From: Takakia lepidozioides
Lineage: Eukaryota > Plantae > Bryophyta
Length of the DNA stretch: 64,000 nt
NCBI GenBank assembly: GCA_030704615.1
Contig: CM060733.1
Coordinates: 40,114,001-40,178,000 of the forward strand
Direction of reading: 5' to 3'
Shown here: positions 50,777 through 63,500 of the stretch, piece after piece
How the letters are laid out: every line of letters begins with the position of its first letter
Position numbering within the stretch: position 1 is the first letter of the stretch
Translations under genes and position numbers: made by a program
The notes under the pieces: generated by a model
Databases searched by the model: none
Seen by the model: only the letters and a program-made list of their open reading frames with translations
Told to the model about the DNA's origin: nothing

Positions 50777-53700
50777 ATGGGGCGGGGGGCCGCTGAGGCT
50801 GGAGCAGCTGATGCATCTGAAGGTGCATACAAATCGTTTGGCCCTGCGGCGGAGAGAGGTGGTGGGGATGAGAGCCCGCGGGATGGTTCGGGGGACGGAG
50901 TGGGTGCGTCTCGTGATGGAGATGCAGTGGAGGATGCTGTGCCCAGCATGACTGGCTCAGGTGAGTCGTTGGGATTCATCTCACCAGCAGCCAGTGTCTG
51001 TTATGCGTTGAGTTTTGGTGCCTGCTGTCTTTTCCCAATCCCTGTAACTTGCAACTGTGGTCGGGAACCGCAACTGCCAACAGCAAATCGAGACAAGGTC
51101 ATCCATTGCGTTAAAAAAATTGCCTGGGGAAATAATGCCCTGTCCCACACACACGCTTCCTCCCCATGTGTTACCCTTTTGCAATTCTCGAACGTCACCG
51201 TTTCGTTTTCCCTCAGGCTTTTTTCTTATGGATTTCATATTTTGTCACGGAGGGCTTCTCCTTAGGTGGCAAAGGACTCGAGACCTTTTTTATTTATTTT
51301 TCTCTCTCTCTCTCCCCCTCGGTTTCGGATTTATGGGAAAAGCCCTTGCAATGTTTCTCTCGCCATTTTTGTTGGGTGACCAAACGATCACTCTGTATGG
51401 TGCTGTCCACATCCAACGAACTCTCTGCTCCACCATGAAATATCTCCCTCTCTCTCTCTCTCTCCTGGTCATCATAATGTCATCTAAACTACCAAGGTCA
51501 ACTTTGTCAGTCTTCGGGGTTCCTGTTCTCCCCGCTCCCCTCCCCTCTTCCTCCTAATTGTGGTTCATGACCACAAGGCTAGTGAAGCCAAGTCTAATTA
51601 ACACATTTTAAAATAAGAATGTGAAACCCTAATCCACTCATCTGTAGATTGTGTCGTTTGCGTTTGATGCGATGCAATTCGGTGGGCCCTTCAACAAGTG
51701 AGTACATAAAGCATCCTTCAAGATAATCAAGGTTCTTATTGTTGTCAGCACATGCTAACTCTGGATAGTACATGCCTAACCGATGTGGAGGTGGCAAACA
51801 GGCTTTTTTCTTAGGCTTATGTTGGGCCCTGTAAATGTTCGTGCTGCACGGAATGACAACCGATATAAAGTGAAAGAGGAGTACAACACTTACAGGGTAA
51901 GCTACCTCTAACCAGAGGTTAATTCCTTCGCCCCTCTCTCTATGCAGCACTTCTAGGGGCTGACTTTAAACCCTCTTGGGTTTATGTCCCATGAATGGCC
52001 TCCTGAATATATCAGGAGACTATGGCCTTGAGGGTATGAATGATAATAGATCTTTCATAAATAGCATCCAAAAACAGAGTATCTGAAAGCAGTTGTTTGG
52101 CACTTAGAGACCTAGCTCTTAGATCCTAAATACAGTGTTATGCACCAGGATTGGCCTCCATGACCAATTCGACTTACCAAGCGTCAAGTAAATTTCAAGG
52201 AGATACCTGAATATTGTGCAGTTGTTCCAGATCGCCAGCTTGTGGAGCTGGAATTCATTCTCTCCTCTTCCTGCTGGATCTCTTACTTGAACCTGACACC
52301 TATGTGGTGTCCTTTTGAAAATCTCAGCTTTGCCAATGGCTGGTGAAGTAGGACAAGCCTCCACCAGTCCTTCAATAGCCATCTAGACAGATAATAAAAT
52401 TTCCATTATGGCAATCTAGCTATAGATGAGTAGCAGAAGTGTGTGTGCCACTGCAGAGAAGGGCTGAGCACGTACTTCTCCACCCACCAATCCATGCAAA
52501 TAGTAGTTCATCAGCTATCAATGGGCTTCTGTATTGAGCAGCCAGGGAAGTTGGGAATGTTCAGCCAGAGCTGGGTCTTTGGTAGACCCACAAATGTGGC
52601 AAAGTAGTTATTTAGTAGAAGTGTACCACTGATTCTGTGAGTCCAATACACTTTCTTTTCCTCTTGTTTTCTGTGTGTTCAATATGTGGACTATGGCTTG
52701 TGGGTGACCAGGATAGAACAGCGGTGTTGTTTCTGGCCTTCCCGGTTATATTGTTAGTGTTAAAGAACCAAGTGTGGAAAGGGTGCTTTCCAGCTTTGCC
52801 GGTTCAAATATACCAGGTACTCTCCTTTCATGGAACCCATTTGATACTCGGATTATGTTTCACAGTGGGATTTGGTCAGCAGTCCAGGCACCTTAGTCTT
52901 CAGGGTGCTCAAGTTATGGGTTTGGTTTGAAGTAGTCGGGGTCGACATGCCTACCATGCATGATAAGTTTGTTTCTGATTGCAGGCATGGCTACTATTTT
53001 TCTACACTAGTCTTGCGCTGCGTGAGAACATTTTGAGGGTCAATGGTAGTGACATTCGGCCGTGGTGTGTACCTCTTCCACCCACCCACCGCCCCCCCCT
53101 CCTGTGTTTGATTTTTGTGGTTAGACATGACCGGTATCCTAGATACAAGCATGCCATGTATAGGTACATAGTCTGTCCTTGTTGCTAGCAGCTGAAGCAG
53201 CTGACACTGACGGCATGAAGTTCTTCGAGGAAACACCCCAACCCTACCTACCACAGGCGTAGTTTATCTTTAACAGATTGGACATTTATGTGGCCATGCA
53301 CATGCATTGCATGGGTGGGTTTGCCAGGTGGGTATACCATCATTACTGTGCAATGTTTATGGCACTGGTGAGCCTCACGTGGGGCATTCAAGGGGAGCCT
53401 AATTGCAGTCGCAAGCAGGTATGCTTATGGTTTCTAAGATGGACAGCTTCATATGCTTTACGCTTCGTTTGTCTCTTTGCAGCTTTCGGTTGTATGGTAA
53501 TAATGTTTGTCATTATTTGTGTGATCCACTAATCTGGCAAGGAGGTCTTCATAGGGACCAGGCCTGGCCACCCATAGATTCTCATTGCTCTGACAGTTCA
53601 GCAACTAGCTGTTCATGTCAGGGCCCCGGGGGGCAGCTGTTTTCAGGATGGAATGCCAAGAATTCAAAACATCAATATTTTAAATCATGTTTACAAGTTG

Positions 53701-56497
53701 GGAATCTAGATCTTTGCATAGTATTACTTCATTTCCAGTTATTGATGGTTTGTGGGGATTGATGTCCACAGCAAGGAGTGCGGCTGTTTCTGGCATGGGC
53801 AGTGATGCAGGGTGTGGCCATGCTTCTGCAAAACCGCTACCAACGTCAGCGCCTGTACACCCGTATCGCACTGGGCAAGGTCTCTCTCTCCCTCTCTCTC
53901 TTACACCCAATATCCATTTATAAAATGTCTAGGGTATTCTCATCAGAGAGCGACCCTCTACAGGGCCAATCAAGAACATAGTCCCTGCACCTCTGTTCAC
54001 GAATTTTCAATATCTCAAGACTGAGCCGAAAGCTCAGCTCTGTAGGGGTCTAATTGCTAGCCTCACACCGAGCAGATTGATGCTTGTGGGAAGGCTTTCT
54101 AGAGGAAATCTGGAAAGCCTTGTTTATATCAAGGTTAAGTCCACTACTGGATTGAGCCCCTCACAAAGGTAGTGTCTGTTCCCTCTTGCACAAGGCAGTA
54201 CATTCATTCTCTTACACCCACTTGGAATCCCACTGCTTGAGTGAGCATTTCCAACAAGCCTTCTTTCTTGCCTGGTTGGTCTCAATGTTCACAAAGAAAT
54301 GCAGGCTAAAGCCTGGGTGATGTTGGATGTATGCAGGCAGGGAGGATGGATGTGGTGTGGGGAGAGACAGCAGGTGTGAAAGGACAGCTCTGGATACTCT
54401 ACCCCCTTCTTTTTATCCTGCAGGTTAATTTCTCTTACCTTGTTTCGAATTTAAATTTTAGCAAGGAATGTGGGACACCCTACAGTGTGCTTTTTGACCA
54501 CAACCTTGGCAATGAAAGAAATGCTGATGCAGACAGGGGGTGGGCAAAGTAGTGAGGGAATTGGGGCTGCAGCGTGTGGGAGATAAAAGTGGTAGAAGCC
54601 CTAGAATGCCAGCCATAGCCAGGTGGTGCTAAGGCTTTCACACCCAAATCATGGACAGACAGAGCACACATGGCCAACTAGTGACTAAGTATAGCAATCA
54701 AAAGGAAGCCACAAGTGGGGGACTTTTTGAAACCAAGCTGTCATGATCTGTAGTGCAACTGTGACCGTAAGAGCCACTACTCATCCATCCCACCAATCAG
54801 AGGGAAAAGTTGGACCCCAACAGTCAACCTACTTGGAGAAAGCAAGTCAATGCTTTTTTGTCCCCAGGTTCAGTTAAGGTGAGACGACAAGCTCTAGGCT
54901 GCATTCCTTTTACCCTCAGACAAGAGCTCTTTGCAGTGGAATTTGAATCAGCTGCTGCTTTATATTTTACCCAGCACAACATCCTTGTTCTTCAGCAGAA
55001 GGCAACATTTGGCTTTCAAGATGTGTTAGTTCTTGGACGCTGTCTAAGCACGGCCACCATACTTCTGGTTAAACGGAAGTTTGAGGTGGCTTTCTACCTT
55101 GTGGAACCTTAACAGCGTAGAGCATGAGGGACTATGTCTGGATTCGTCAGACCTCAGGGCAGAAGAAGCTTGAGAACATCCTCTGGGCCCCTAAGGGCCC
55201 ATTGGACAAAGTAAAATAACAAAAGAAACTGCAGGAAACATCAAGTGACACCTGAAGAGGAAGGGGAAGCAATACTCTGCAATGTCAGCCAGAGACAATA
55301 TTTAATTAAAAAGAGTCCCAGCTCAGCCATGTTTCAGTAAGCAATACTCCACGGATGGTTGATGGGAGAAAGAGATGTCTTCTAGCTACAAGCGATGTGG
55401 TGCCCCTGCAAATGGCTGACAAGTTTGCGTCAGTCAGAGCCCCATTTTGTAGTAGTTACAGGAGCTCTGCCGGTTCTTGGAAAAATATATCAGACATTGG
55501 GAAGTCTTTTATCTGTTGTACTGTGCAAGCACTTCAAGACTAGTCACTCCAGATTCAACAGACATCCACCAAATACTCCAGCCTGAAACATTTTCTGCTC
55601 ACAATCCAATTGTTTCTGCCAAGCCATGCCATGTTGTGGTATTTCGAAGCAGTTCTTTGCTGTCCCATTTATCTCATTTCAACACATTTATATATTTATG
55701 TCATTACAATACTCAGACAGGACCAGGTGTCACAAACTGGAGAAAATTGAAGGCACAGGCCGGGGTGGACCTCCTCCCTGAGTTCAGTCTCTACATGGCT
55801 ATCACCAAGTTTTCCAGAGTGAATCTTGTCCAGACCTCGGACTGGTGACACTGAGCATAAGTAACTTGGGTACATCCTGGGGTCCACTCGAAACCTATTA
55901 CTGTATTTAGCCAAGTCTCTGATAGAATCAAATGGGCACTCACTGCCCGCAGCTTTCCTCAGTGCTAAGAGTTGATAATGTGCCAGAGCTCGTCGTACTT
56001 ACCTTCTTAAGAATTATGGAAGCTAAAGCAACCGGCAAAATGAGGGGTGTTTTTGTTTGATGCAGGCCTTTCAGTTTTTCATTGGCCTGTTGCTTCTACG
56101 GACAGCCATACTGGAAGACGACTCAGAGTGGCAGGCATGTTACTGTGATCCTTTCTTGTGATATCTGCATTTTTCACTTACTCCTCTTTCGTCTCTTTCA
56201 AACAACTTGGCGAGTTTCATCATGCAGCGACTATAGGGCTAGAATTTCAAGCACACAATTTCAAGTAGAATTAATTTATGTGGTGTAATGATTTCATGGA
56301 AGATTTCGTGGGATTGGTGGGTGGGACAGGTGGTAGTGTGTGGATTGTTGCTGTTGACTATGGCAGTTGGCAACTTCAGTAACACTATGGCCACTGTCTT
56401 TGCAAAGAACCAAATAAAGGCCGAGATGAAGAAGAGAACTCAGCAGGTGCTGCAGCGCATGTCAACCGGCAAGCGGGCTTCCAAGAAAGTTTTGTGA
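50777..56497 (+). CDS. TMEM120: TMEM120/TMPIT-family membrane protein with a non-native, TOC159-exon-1-derived N-terminus (chimeric), 9 exons, ~328 aa
   Basis: Exons 50777-50960, 51802-51896, 52712-52816, 52985-53064, 53328-53418, 53772-53879, 54337-54423, 56066-56134 and 56330-56497 total 987 nt with no stop. Motifs: LGPVNVRA, KVKEEYN, LALRENILRVNGSDIRPWWVYHHYCAM, MQGVAMLLQNRYQRQRLYTRIALGK, MDVVWGETAGV, MAVGNF. Exons 2-9 are high confidence; the exon 1 linkage is inferred. Confidence 0.88.
53905..54215 (+). mobile_element. LINE 3'-end fragment in TMEM120 intron 6
   Basis: Same family as 17330-17673 and 38470-38850. Confidence 0.7.
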
Positions 56498-57275
56498 CAA
56501 CGGTTCAAGGGACTTTGTACATACAAACTGTCTGATTGTAGCCCTCACGCGTGTTTTTCTAAATAGATATTGAGATGCCCAGCCAACAAGACAATAACTC
56601 CTCCTGCAGGGGGTTGTCAAAGTTCGAGCAGAATCTGCATATATTTTCGTGGCATTTCTGGCCCCCTTCAGGTTTGTGTCAAGGCCTTTGCTTGGGGAGC
56701 ATGGTCAAACAACCATACGAAAGAGAGAGAAGGGTGACATAAGATTTGAGGCACCTGATGGAAGATGGGGTGTGGTACTTTTCCAGTGATGGCGAATCGA
56801 CTTCGCTTAGTTTAGCCTTGTTGCAATAGACCCCACACTCGGTAGGGATGTGGCGGAAAGAAGTTTGGTTGAGAGCAAGTGATTGGCTCATGGAGGTTGC
56901 ATATATGTAGATTGTGATTGCTAGTCATTGAGTTGTTTCTGAAAGAAATCGATTGGCAATAATGCCATTTTTGCGGGAGGATGCAATTTTCTAATACATC
57001 TTTTCTAGGGCATTTCTTGGGCATTTCTCTCAAAGCACTTACCAGCTTTTCAAGAGCACATGGGACCAATGGGTTATGTCCAGTGCCCCCCCCCCAAGTT
57101 TTCTGAACCCTGTAGCTTTCTGCCTAGGCATATTCTCATGTCGTCATTGTGCATGCTCTCTGAAGGTCCTCTCTCTAATCCCAGGCACTACGAACCAGAT
57201 TTAGATTTTACAAAAGGGATTCATGCCCTTCTTTTTCACACTACACTCTCATCAGACTCGGCCATGCATTTGCAG

Positions 57276-57342
57276 CACGGAGCAGAGCTGGCATGAGTTT
57301 TTGAAAGATCCTTCACGATGGTGGGACAACCGCAAACGGAAG
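57276..57342 (+). pseudogene. Orphan exon encoding half of an OSB-type PDF motif (organellar ssDNA-binding protein)
   Basis: tttgcag|...TEQSWHEFLKDPSRWWDNRKRK|gtaccg. No following NPxxPDFKHK exon was found. Confidence 0.65.
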
Positions 57343-58729
57343 GTACCGGTGTGGCTTTTTCTTAACGTACGTTGTGAAGAAGTTTGTCCATCCTGCAAAC
57401 GTGGGCTCTCGGCTCCTGTTAGGACCATGATTTGGTATTCTTCTTGATGTTTACGAGGTCCTTGGGAGAGTCAGCTTTGGTCGTGTTTCAATCTCTGCCC
57501 GCTCAGTTATGCACCGTGGTGGTTCTCACGGACCAATCCGACATTACCTGACTACGGACACAAGCAGCACACACAAGAGGTTCGTAACCAAAACCAAGGA
57601 GCACAGGGTCAGGGTCAAGGTCATGACCAAGGCATGGTGGATAGGCTTGCCCAGCTAGAGCAACGTCTAGAGTAGAGACTCTCATCAGGCTTTGCTTGCT
57701 GTAGCATGTAATTAAGGACCCTTTCCAGGAGCTCAGACACGGCCGAGACAACAACACATCTACATCTAGACTGCTTCTGATATGACTAGTGGGAATCCAG
57801 AAATCATCTTTTTGGAGACACCAAAAACCCAGCAACTGTTATGGTGAATTCTGTATATTAGATACCTCTGTATTGGTTAGCTTCTTCTTAACTCCCTTAA
57901 TTTCTGCAAGCGCGAAGTTATTTGTTAAGAAATGGTTTCTTCCATTTGACACAGATTAACTCCAACAATGGTTTTCTAAATGTTGCCCAGATATCCCATG
58001 TATAACCTTTCTAACCCTTGGATGTCAGTGACTGTCAAGCTTGATAGCTTCAACTGAAGTGTGTTTATGCAGATCCCAGAAAGGTAAGCACAGACCTGTA
58101 TTTGTCCATGAATTTTTCTTGACCACCTTTACAGATGTTAATGTGCATGGGTAAATTTCCTCTTTCTTTTCTAGTGTTTTGAGGTCGCCCTCCCTAAACT
58201 GTTAAACTGCTAAACCTCTCGTGTTGACTTCAGTGTAAGTGGGATTCTGTTGCAGTATTGGAGTTTCTGAGGCCAAGCTGGGACCCATACTTGTCACAAT
58301 CTGATCTTCTGTTTAGTTCCATCGGTTATAAGCCTGTCGCTCCAAGTCTCACAAAGGGTAGCAGTTTGTAGTTCTGAGCCCAAAGAGCTTACGGAACAGT
58401 ACTGGATTGCAAACAAAGGCTAGTGCTGCACGGAAGATATTAGACAGGGGAAGTTGAGAACAAATCGTCTTGTGAACTAATCATCAAGCTGATGTTGATT
58501 TTCACGAGGGATTGCACGCCACCCTTCCATGCTCTTTTGGATTTCAGAACTTGAGTACACCATCTCCATCTGGATTAGTGTTTCCAACCATGATCTGATT
58601 GCCAGTCCGTAATTTGACTTTGACGTGAGATCATGAGCTCAGACTTCACAGTGCGATGTTTACGTGCAGTCAGAGAGATCAGAGCAAACTGACAAGCAAT
58701 GCACATAATCCCGTGACGAGTGGGGCAAT

Positions 58730-60400
58730 TCAAGCCCATTTACCACCTGCAGCGACTAAAGCCAGGAGTCTAGCATAAGTAAGGACATAAGGAACAATTC
58801 TCAGGGTCCCAACTCCATAGAGGGAGGAAGTTATCGCACCCAAATGCTCAACACCAAGGCGCCATTGAAGCATGCACCGATCATCATAAGACCATGTAAC
58901 CCGGTTGAAACCCAGTGCCCCTTTAAAACTCCGATGATGGAGAGGATTGCCAAGCAAACCATTGTGGCGTCTCAGAAAGCACAAAGAAGTTTTCCACCTG
59001 CATTTGTTGGCTGCCCTCCAATAATACACTACGTTCAGTATGGTTGCGATCAAGACAACAACACAAGAAACCACATTTGCCCACACTGGCTCATTATGCA
59101 AGTAGCTGCTTCCGACAGGGTGGAACCAAGGGGTGATGGCGAGGGCGCAAAGCCAAAGCACCAACACAAATGATTCAAGCCATGTTCCCATCCAGAGGGG
59201 GCGCTCTGGGAGTGACAAGAATCCCTTCTTTGGTTTCAGGACAACGAAGACCCTGCCTGCACGAGGGACGACCATACATTGTGCCAAGCTACAAAAATCA
59301 GACAACGGGAGCTTGGTCTGAGTAGCATCCACCACGTGCCCTCGCAATGCTCGTCTCGCCAGTAGCACACTGGAGAAGCATCGGTGCGGAAGAGCAAAAC
59401 TAGCACACATGCCAGTGTAAATGCACCGATTCTGGACAACCACCATTGGGCAGCAGCATACTGAGTCCTTCCCCACGAATCTATAGACTCCTCCCCTGCT
59501 AGAGCCTTGCTGTAAGCAGTGGTGAAAGGGTTCTCGTTGCCCCGTTCATCAGCATCCTTCACGGTGCTTGCTTCCAATATCGTGCTCCCCCACAACACGC
59601 TACTTTCTTCGGCCAGATCCAGTAGTATCAGCCCTGTATTTCTTTCCTCCAAAACATACAAATCAGAGACGCTTTGTATCAGTGTATCTCCACTTGTTAC
59701 TGGGCCACCCAAGGGGCCTACCATCCCTGACTGCACACCCTGACGCATGGCAGTTGAAAAAACGGCACCCAGCGCAAATGACCGCATCAAATTCGTCATT
59801 AACTCTGAAGAGTGCTCCAGTTGCCAGAGTTACCAAGTGCTCACTCACCCCAGGTATCCTTTGCAGCAAAAGGCACTTACACAAGGTCCCCGGGAAATTG
59901 CACATGTTGACTCCCGAAGGATAATTCCCATGCAGCCACCTTGCTGGCATTAGTTGCCAGAGGTTGCACCGTAATAGGAGAAGAGTTGCTGAGCCCAGAT
60001 CACTGCTTTATCCTCTACGATCAGTAAAGCTGTGCTCAACGAATGCTGCTTCCCGCTTGTGCCTCCCAACATTTTCACCGGTTCAAGCTCCCTGCCGGAC
60101 AAGTACGTGAGGAGGTCCCTGCTGTTGCTTTCTGCATCCAACCTGCCTCTCATGATTGTCGCCACAAGGGCTGTTAGTAGGCCCAAAGCTGTAAGGCCAG
60201 CATCCAGGAAGTTGGCACTGTCAGAAAGCGCCAAGTTGGGTTCTACCGCACTAACACCTGGAATACTGCCCCCCCAAGGCCAGAGCAACAATGGTGATGT
60301 GGGTGACGAAACAAGAGAGCATGTAGGCCACTCGAACGGTGTGATGACCGACCAGACCAGGCTCCTTCTGTAGGTAGGATACATTGCACCGGGCTTTCAT
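58730..60400 (-). pseudogene. Intronless multi-pass membrane protein of unknown family, disrupted
   Basis: Consecutive minus-strand frames (ATG 60400; 59950-60270; 59236-59799; 58730-59340) have several hydrophobic segments. They join through a frameshift in the G-run near 60270, stops around 59800-59950, and a frameshift near 59340-59400. Confidence 0.55.
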
Positions 60401-61383
60401 GATAAAATGATCTGATCCAAGTCACAACACTCAGATTATCCTCAGTCGTCCGCAGTCCTCCCCGTAAGTCCCTTCGATCGGCCTCCGTGTCCGTCCTCAG
60501 CTAATCGAAGTTGGAATGAGCTTCTCCTGTGGATTCCAGGACGTGGATTCTGCCATTTGCAGAGAATAAAACATGCCTCGAGAAAAAGAGTTTTAGAGTC
60601 AGCTTCCTTGTTCACGAGAGATTGATTACCTTTGAGATGGCCAGTTTGCACCGCAATACGCTTCTGCCTGTATCACTCCTGAGCACACGCACTCCCATTT
60701 CAAGTTCCACTTATGGCCAAATTTAGCTACGAGCCTCGCACTGAGCTTTTCCGATTTGGCACGTCATGCTGTGCGGAGCTAGACTACAAACTCACACCAA
60801 CTGCATCTATACGACCGAATCATTTTCTGGATCATGCTTCGATCAATCAAATCTGAAAACTTGCAAGCACGTGATAAAGTACCACTCCACAGAGCACTCA
60901 CAGTCACAAAAAATGTGTGGCAACGTCCATGGTTAAGCTTCAGATAACCTGATTCACAGATCTAGTTACAGCATTACATCCCCGCGCGAGTGTTGGACAA
61001 CCTCGAAGTCCTGACAAGAGACGAAAAAACAAATTTTTCGAAACGATGCGGCAAGATCGCTGCCAAAGAAAAAATCACACTGCAACTCCTGTTGGTGACA
61101 GCTTCAAAAAGAATCTTCCACGCCATAGCTCGCTCGCATCTGCAGCAGCACGTCTCCTGCGATCCCTCACACAATTTGTCATTCGATTTGAACTGCGGAG
61201 AAGGATGCCCCGCGCTCATGCCCTGCGGGGCGCGAGAGCTCTCAGATTCATCCCATATTCATCCATGTTCCTGGAATTGTATGTCGTGCATCCTCGTGCA
61301 TCCTTGTTTATGGATGAATAAAGTCCGTCCAGGATGGCTGCGAATCTTCGGATGAACAATATTTCCATCTATGTAACTACTGC

Positions 61384-61565
61384 TTTATTTTTACTTTTTT
61401 GTTTCCAAGGAACGGAAACACGCCCGGAAACACCAGCCCCAGCAACTGGGGAGATAAATTAAACCCCTTTTCTGAGCCACGGAGGCAGAGAAACAGATGA
61501 CAGGGTTTGAACCCCAGACCCGCAGGCCAGTCCACAAGTGGCTTACCACCGGGCCACGCCTGTTG
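61384..61565 (-). mobile_element. tRNA-derived SINE
   Basis: On the minus strand: A-box TGGCCCGGTGG, B-box GGTTCAAACC, and a degenerate acceptor stem (61493-61563). A ~90-bp body follows, then an A-rich tail aaacaaaaaagtaaaaataaag. Confidence 0.65.
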
Positions 61566-61669
61566 TGTGTTTATATTTGGATTTTGAATAAATAGTTTAT
61601 CATTTCAAAAATTCAAATTTACAAAATAGAATACTCTTAGGAAAACAACGAACTCATACTTGCTCAAGT

Positions 61670-62100
61670 ATTTATTTATAATTAATAATTTTAATTTCAT
61701 AATTAATATTAATTTTTACATAATGACGCTATCTGCCAGCTCATGAAAATTAAGAAGAGTCGTGTAATCAATTATAAAAATATAAATTAAATTGAAATTA
61801 TGACTAAAATTATAGCTAAATTATAAACAATGGATAATCAGTTATCTTGCTATTTTATTAAGTAATATTAAATGTTGATAGCCAGCTCATGAAAATAAGA
61901 AAAGTCGTGTAATCAATTATAAACTAAAATTATTATTTTTTAAAAACAAAAACAAAAACAATTGTAAAATTTTATATTAAATTTAAATTACGAATATTAA
62001 ATCATGACAATTATAGCTAAAATTATAATCAATCAATAATCAGTTTTCTTGCTATAATACTATATTTGTTTAAATAATATTAAAATTGATAAAATAGCTT
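61670..62100. repeat. Very AT-rich tract with ~145-bp imperfect duplications
   Basis: gccagctcatgaaaat..aagaa.agtcgtgtaatcaattataaa at ~61735 and ~61881; attatagctaaa.ttataa occurs twice. Confidence 0.8.
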
Positions 62101-62358
62101 AAACAGGCTAACCGACATAAATGAAAGATCGACAACTGGACAGTTTACGATGGGACAACATTCATCCATCACCAGGGTTGTTCATCCAGGTGCTCGCACA
62201 AGTGTCTTTCCCCAGCACGAGCATCGTCTTTCTCACCCTCCAGCAACCCTCCTGCCATTTCTTCCCTCCCCGCTTCCATCGACTCACTCTCTGGAGCGCT
62301 GCTCTTCATCTTTTTGGTTAGACTTTGGTATTCTAGTTTCTGTTGAAGTTTCTTCACA

Positions 62359-63500
62359 ATGAGAATTAGAAAAGGACGCCTGCCGGGGCTTCCAGTGCTT
62401 GCCCCGGTGACTTCTCCGTCCAGAACGATAGATCAGCTCGGTAGTTCTAAGATTGAAGCAACAGGAACCGCGGCCGTAGCGGAAGACATCGTCGCTACCT
62501 TCAGTGTGCGTGCGGACACGCAGGACTGCCCTGAAATTGGGAGTTTGAATGGACAGGCATTGCCTGCCACATCTGGCATGGATGCTTATGAGAACCCCAC
62601 ACAGGTGGAGAACGGCTCCTTGTTTACCCGTGCTGTTCTAAGGAATGTCAAGGTTGAATGTATGAAATAGGTTGGAGTCACTGCATGCAAGGGATTTTCC
62701 TCAACTTGTATTTTCTCTTTTCGCCTATGTGCTGTGATGAGCTGCAGATTTGCATGTCATTTCGTCCAGCTCTCAGAGCTTCTCCGGACCTCGTTCTTCT
62801 CCCTCCTAGAATGGCCTAGAATGAATACGTAGATATCATATTAATAGGACGAGATGTTAATATTGAAGGTCCTGATTGCTGTACTGACACACACTGAGCA
62901 TACTAGCAACATTTGTCGTTCCTAAAGGTTATTGTTGAGCTTCCGTATCGCTGCCACGCATTCCACTGCGACAAGTGAGTCCTGGTACAGTGCACAGGAG
63001 GACGCAGCTATCATGCACATGATGTACACTTAAAGTTTCTATTTGTTTCTGCCAGGTGGATAAAGAAGGATCCGGACCTACAACGAAGACAAGTCCGGTT
63101 CAGAAAAATGGTTCAAGTAACAGGTACTTATTTCTACTTAAGAACTTCCCGTTTATCAGACGATAGTGCAATTTCAAAACAAGTTTATTTCAAGTTGGGG
63201 AGGTCGGTGTGCGTGCACCATAGGAAAGCTCAACTGGTACAAGTCACTTGTCATAACACGGCTGAGTCCTCAACTTACATGAAAATTTCAACGTTCTTGG
63301 AACTATGTACAGCTGCATGTAAATTTTATGAACAATATTCTGTCCCTGGAGGGATACCATAGCCAGTGACTGCAGCTCCAGGGCATTCTCCCGAACAATC
63401 TCACTCCATCGAATCAGTCGTGCATCAATCAAATGTGTTGACTGCAGGTCGCTAGCTGAGAATCAGTTGCTGGAGGTGACTTCCATGGATCACGGCACAG
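62359..63500 (+). CDS. 5' exons of an unknown spliced gene, probably continuing beyond 63500
   Basis: Exons 62359-62652, 63056-63123 and 63448-63500 have GT-AG borders with compatible phases (0, 2, 1) and no stop. No domain was recognised. Confidence 0.4.

Noticed and set aside
50602-50979. 125-aa Pro/Ser-rich minus-strand ORF
   Set aside because: It is antisense to the plus-strand exon, which has homology to TOC exon 1 and a strong GTGAGT donor.
61493-61563. Functional tRNA gene
   Set aside because: The acceptor stem is mismatched, the anticodon arm is not recoverable, and it is followed by a SINE-like body and tail.
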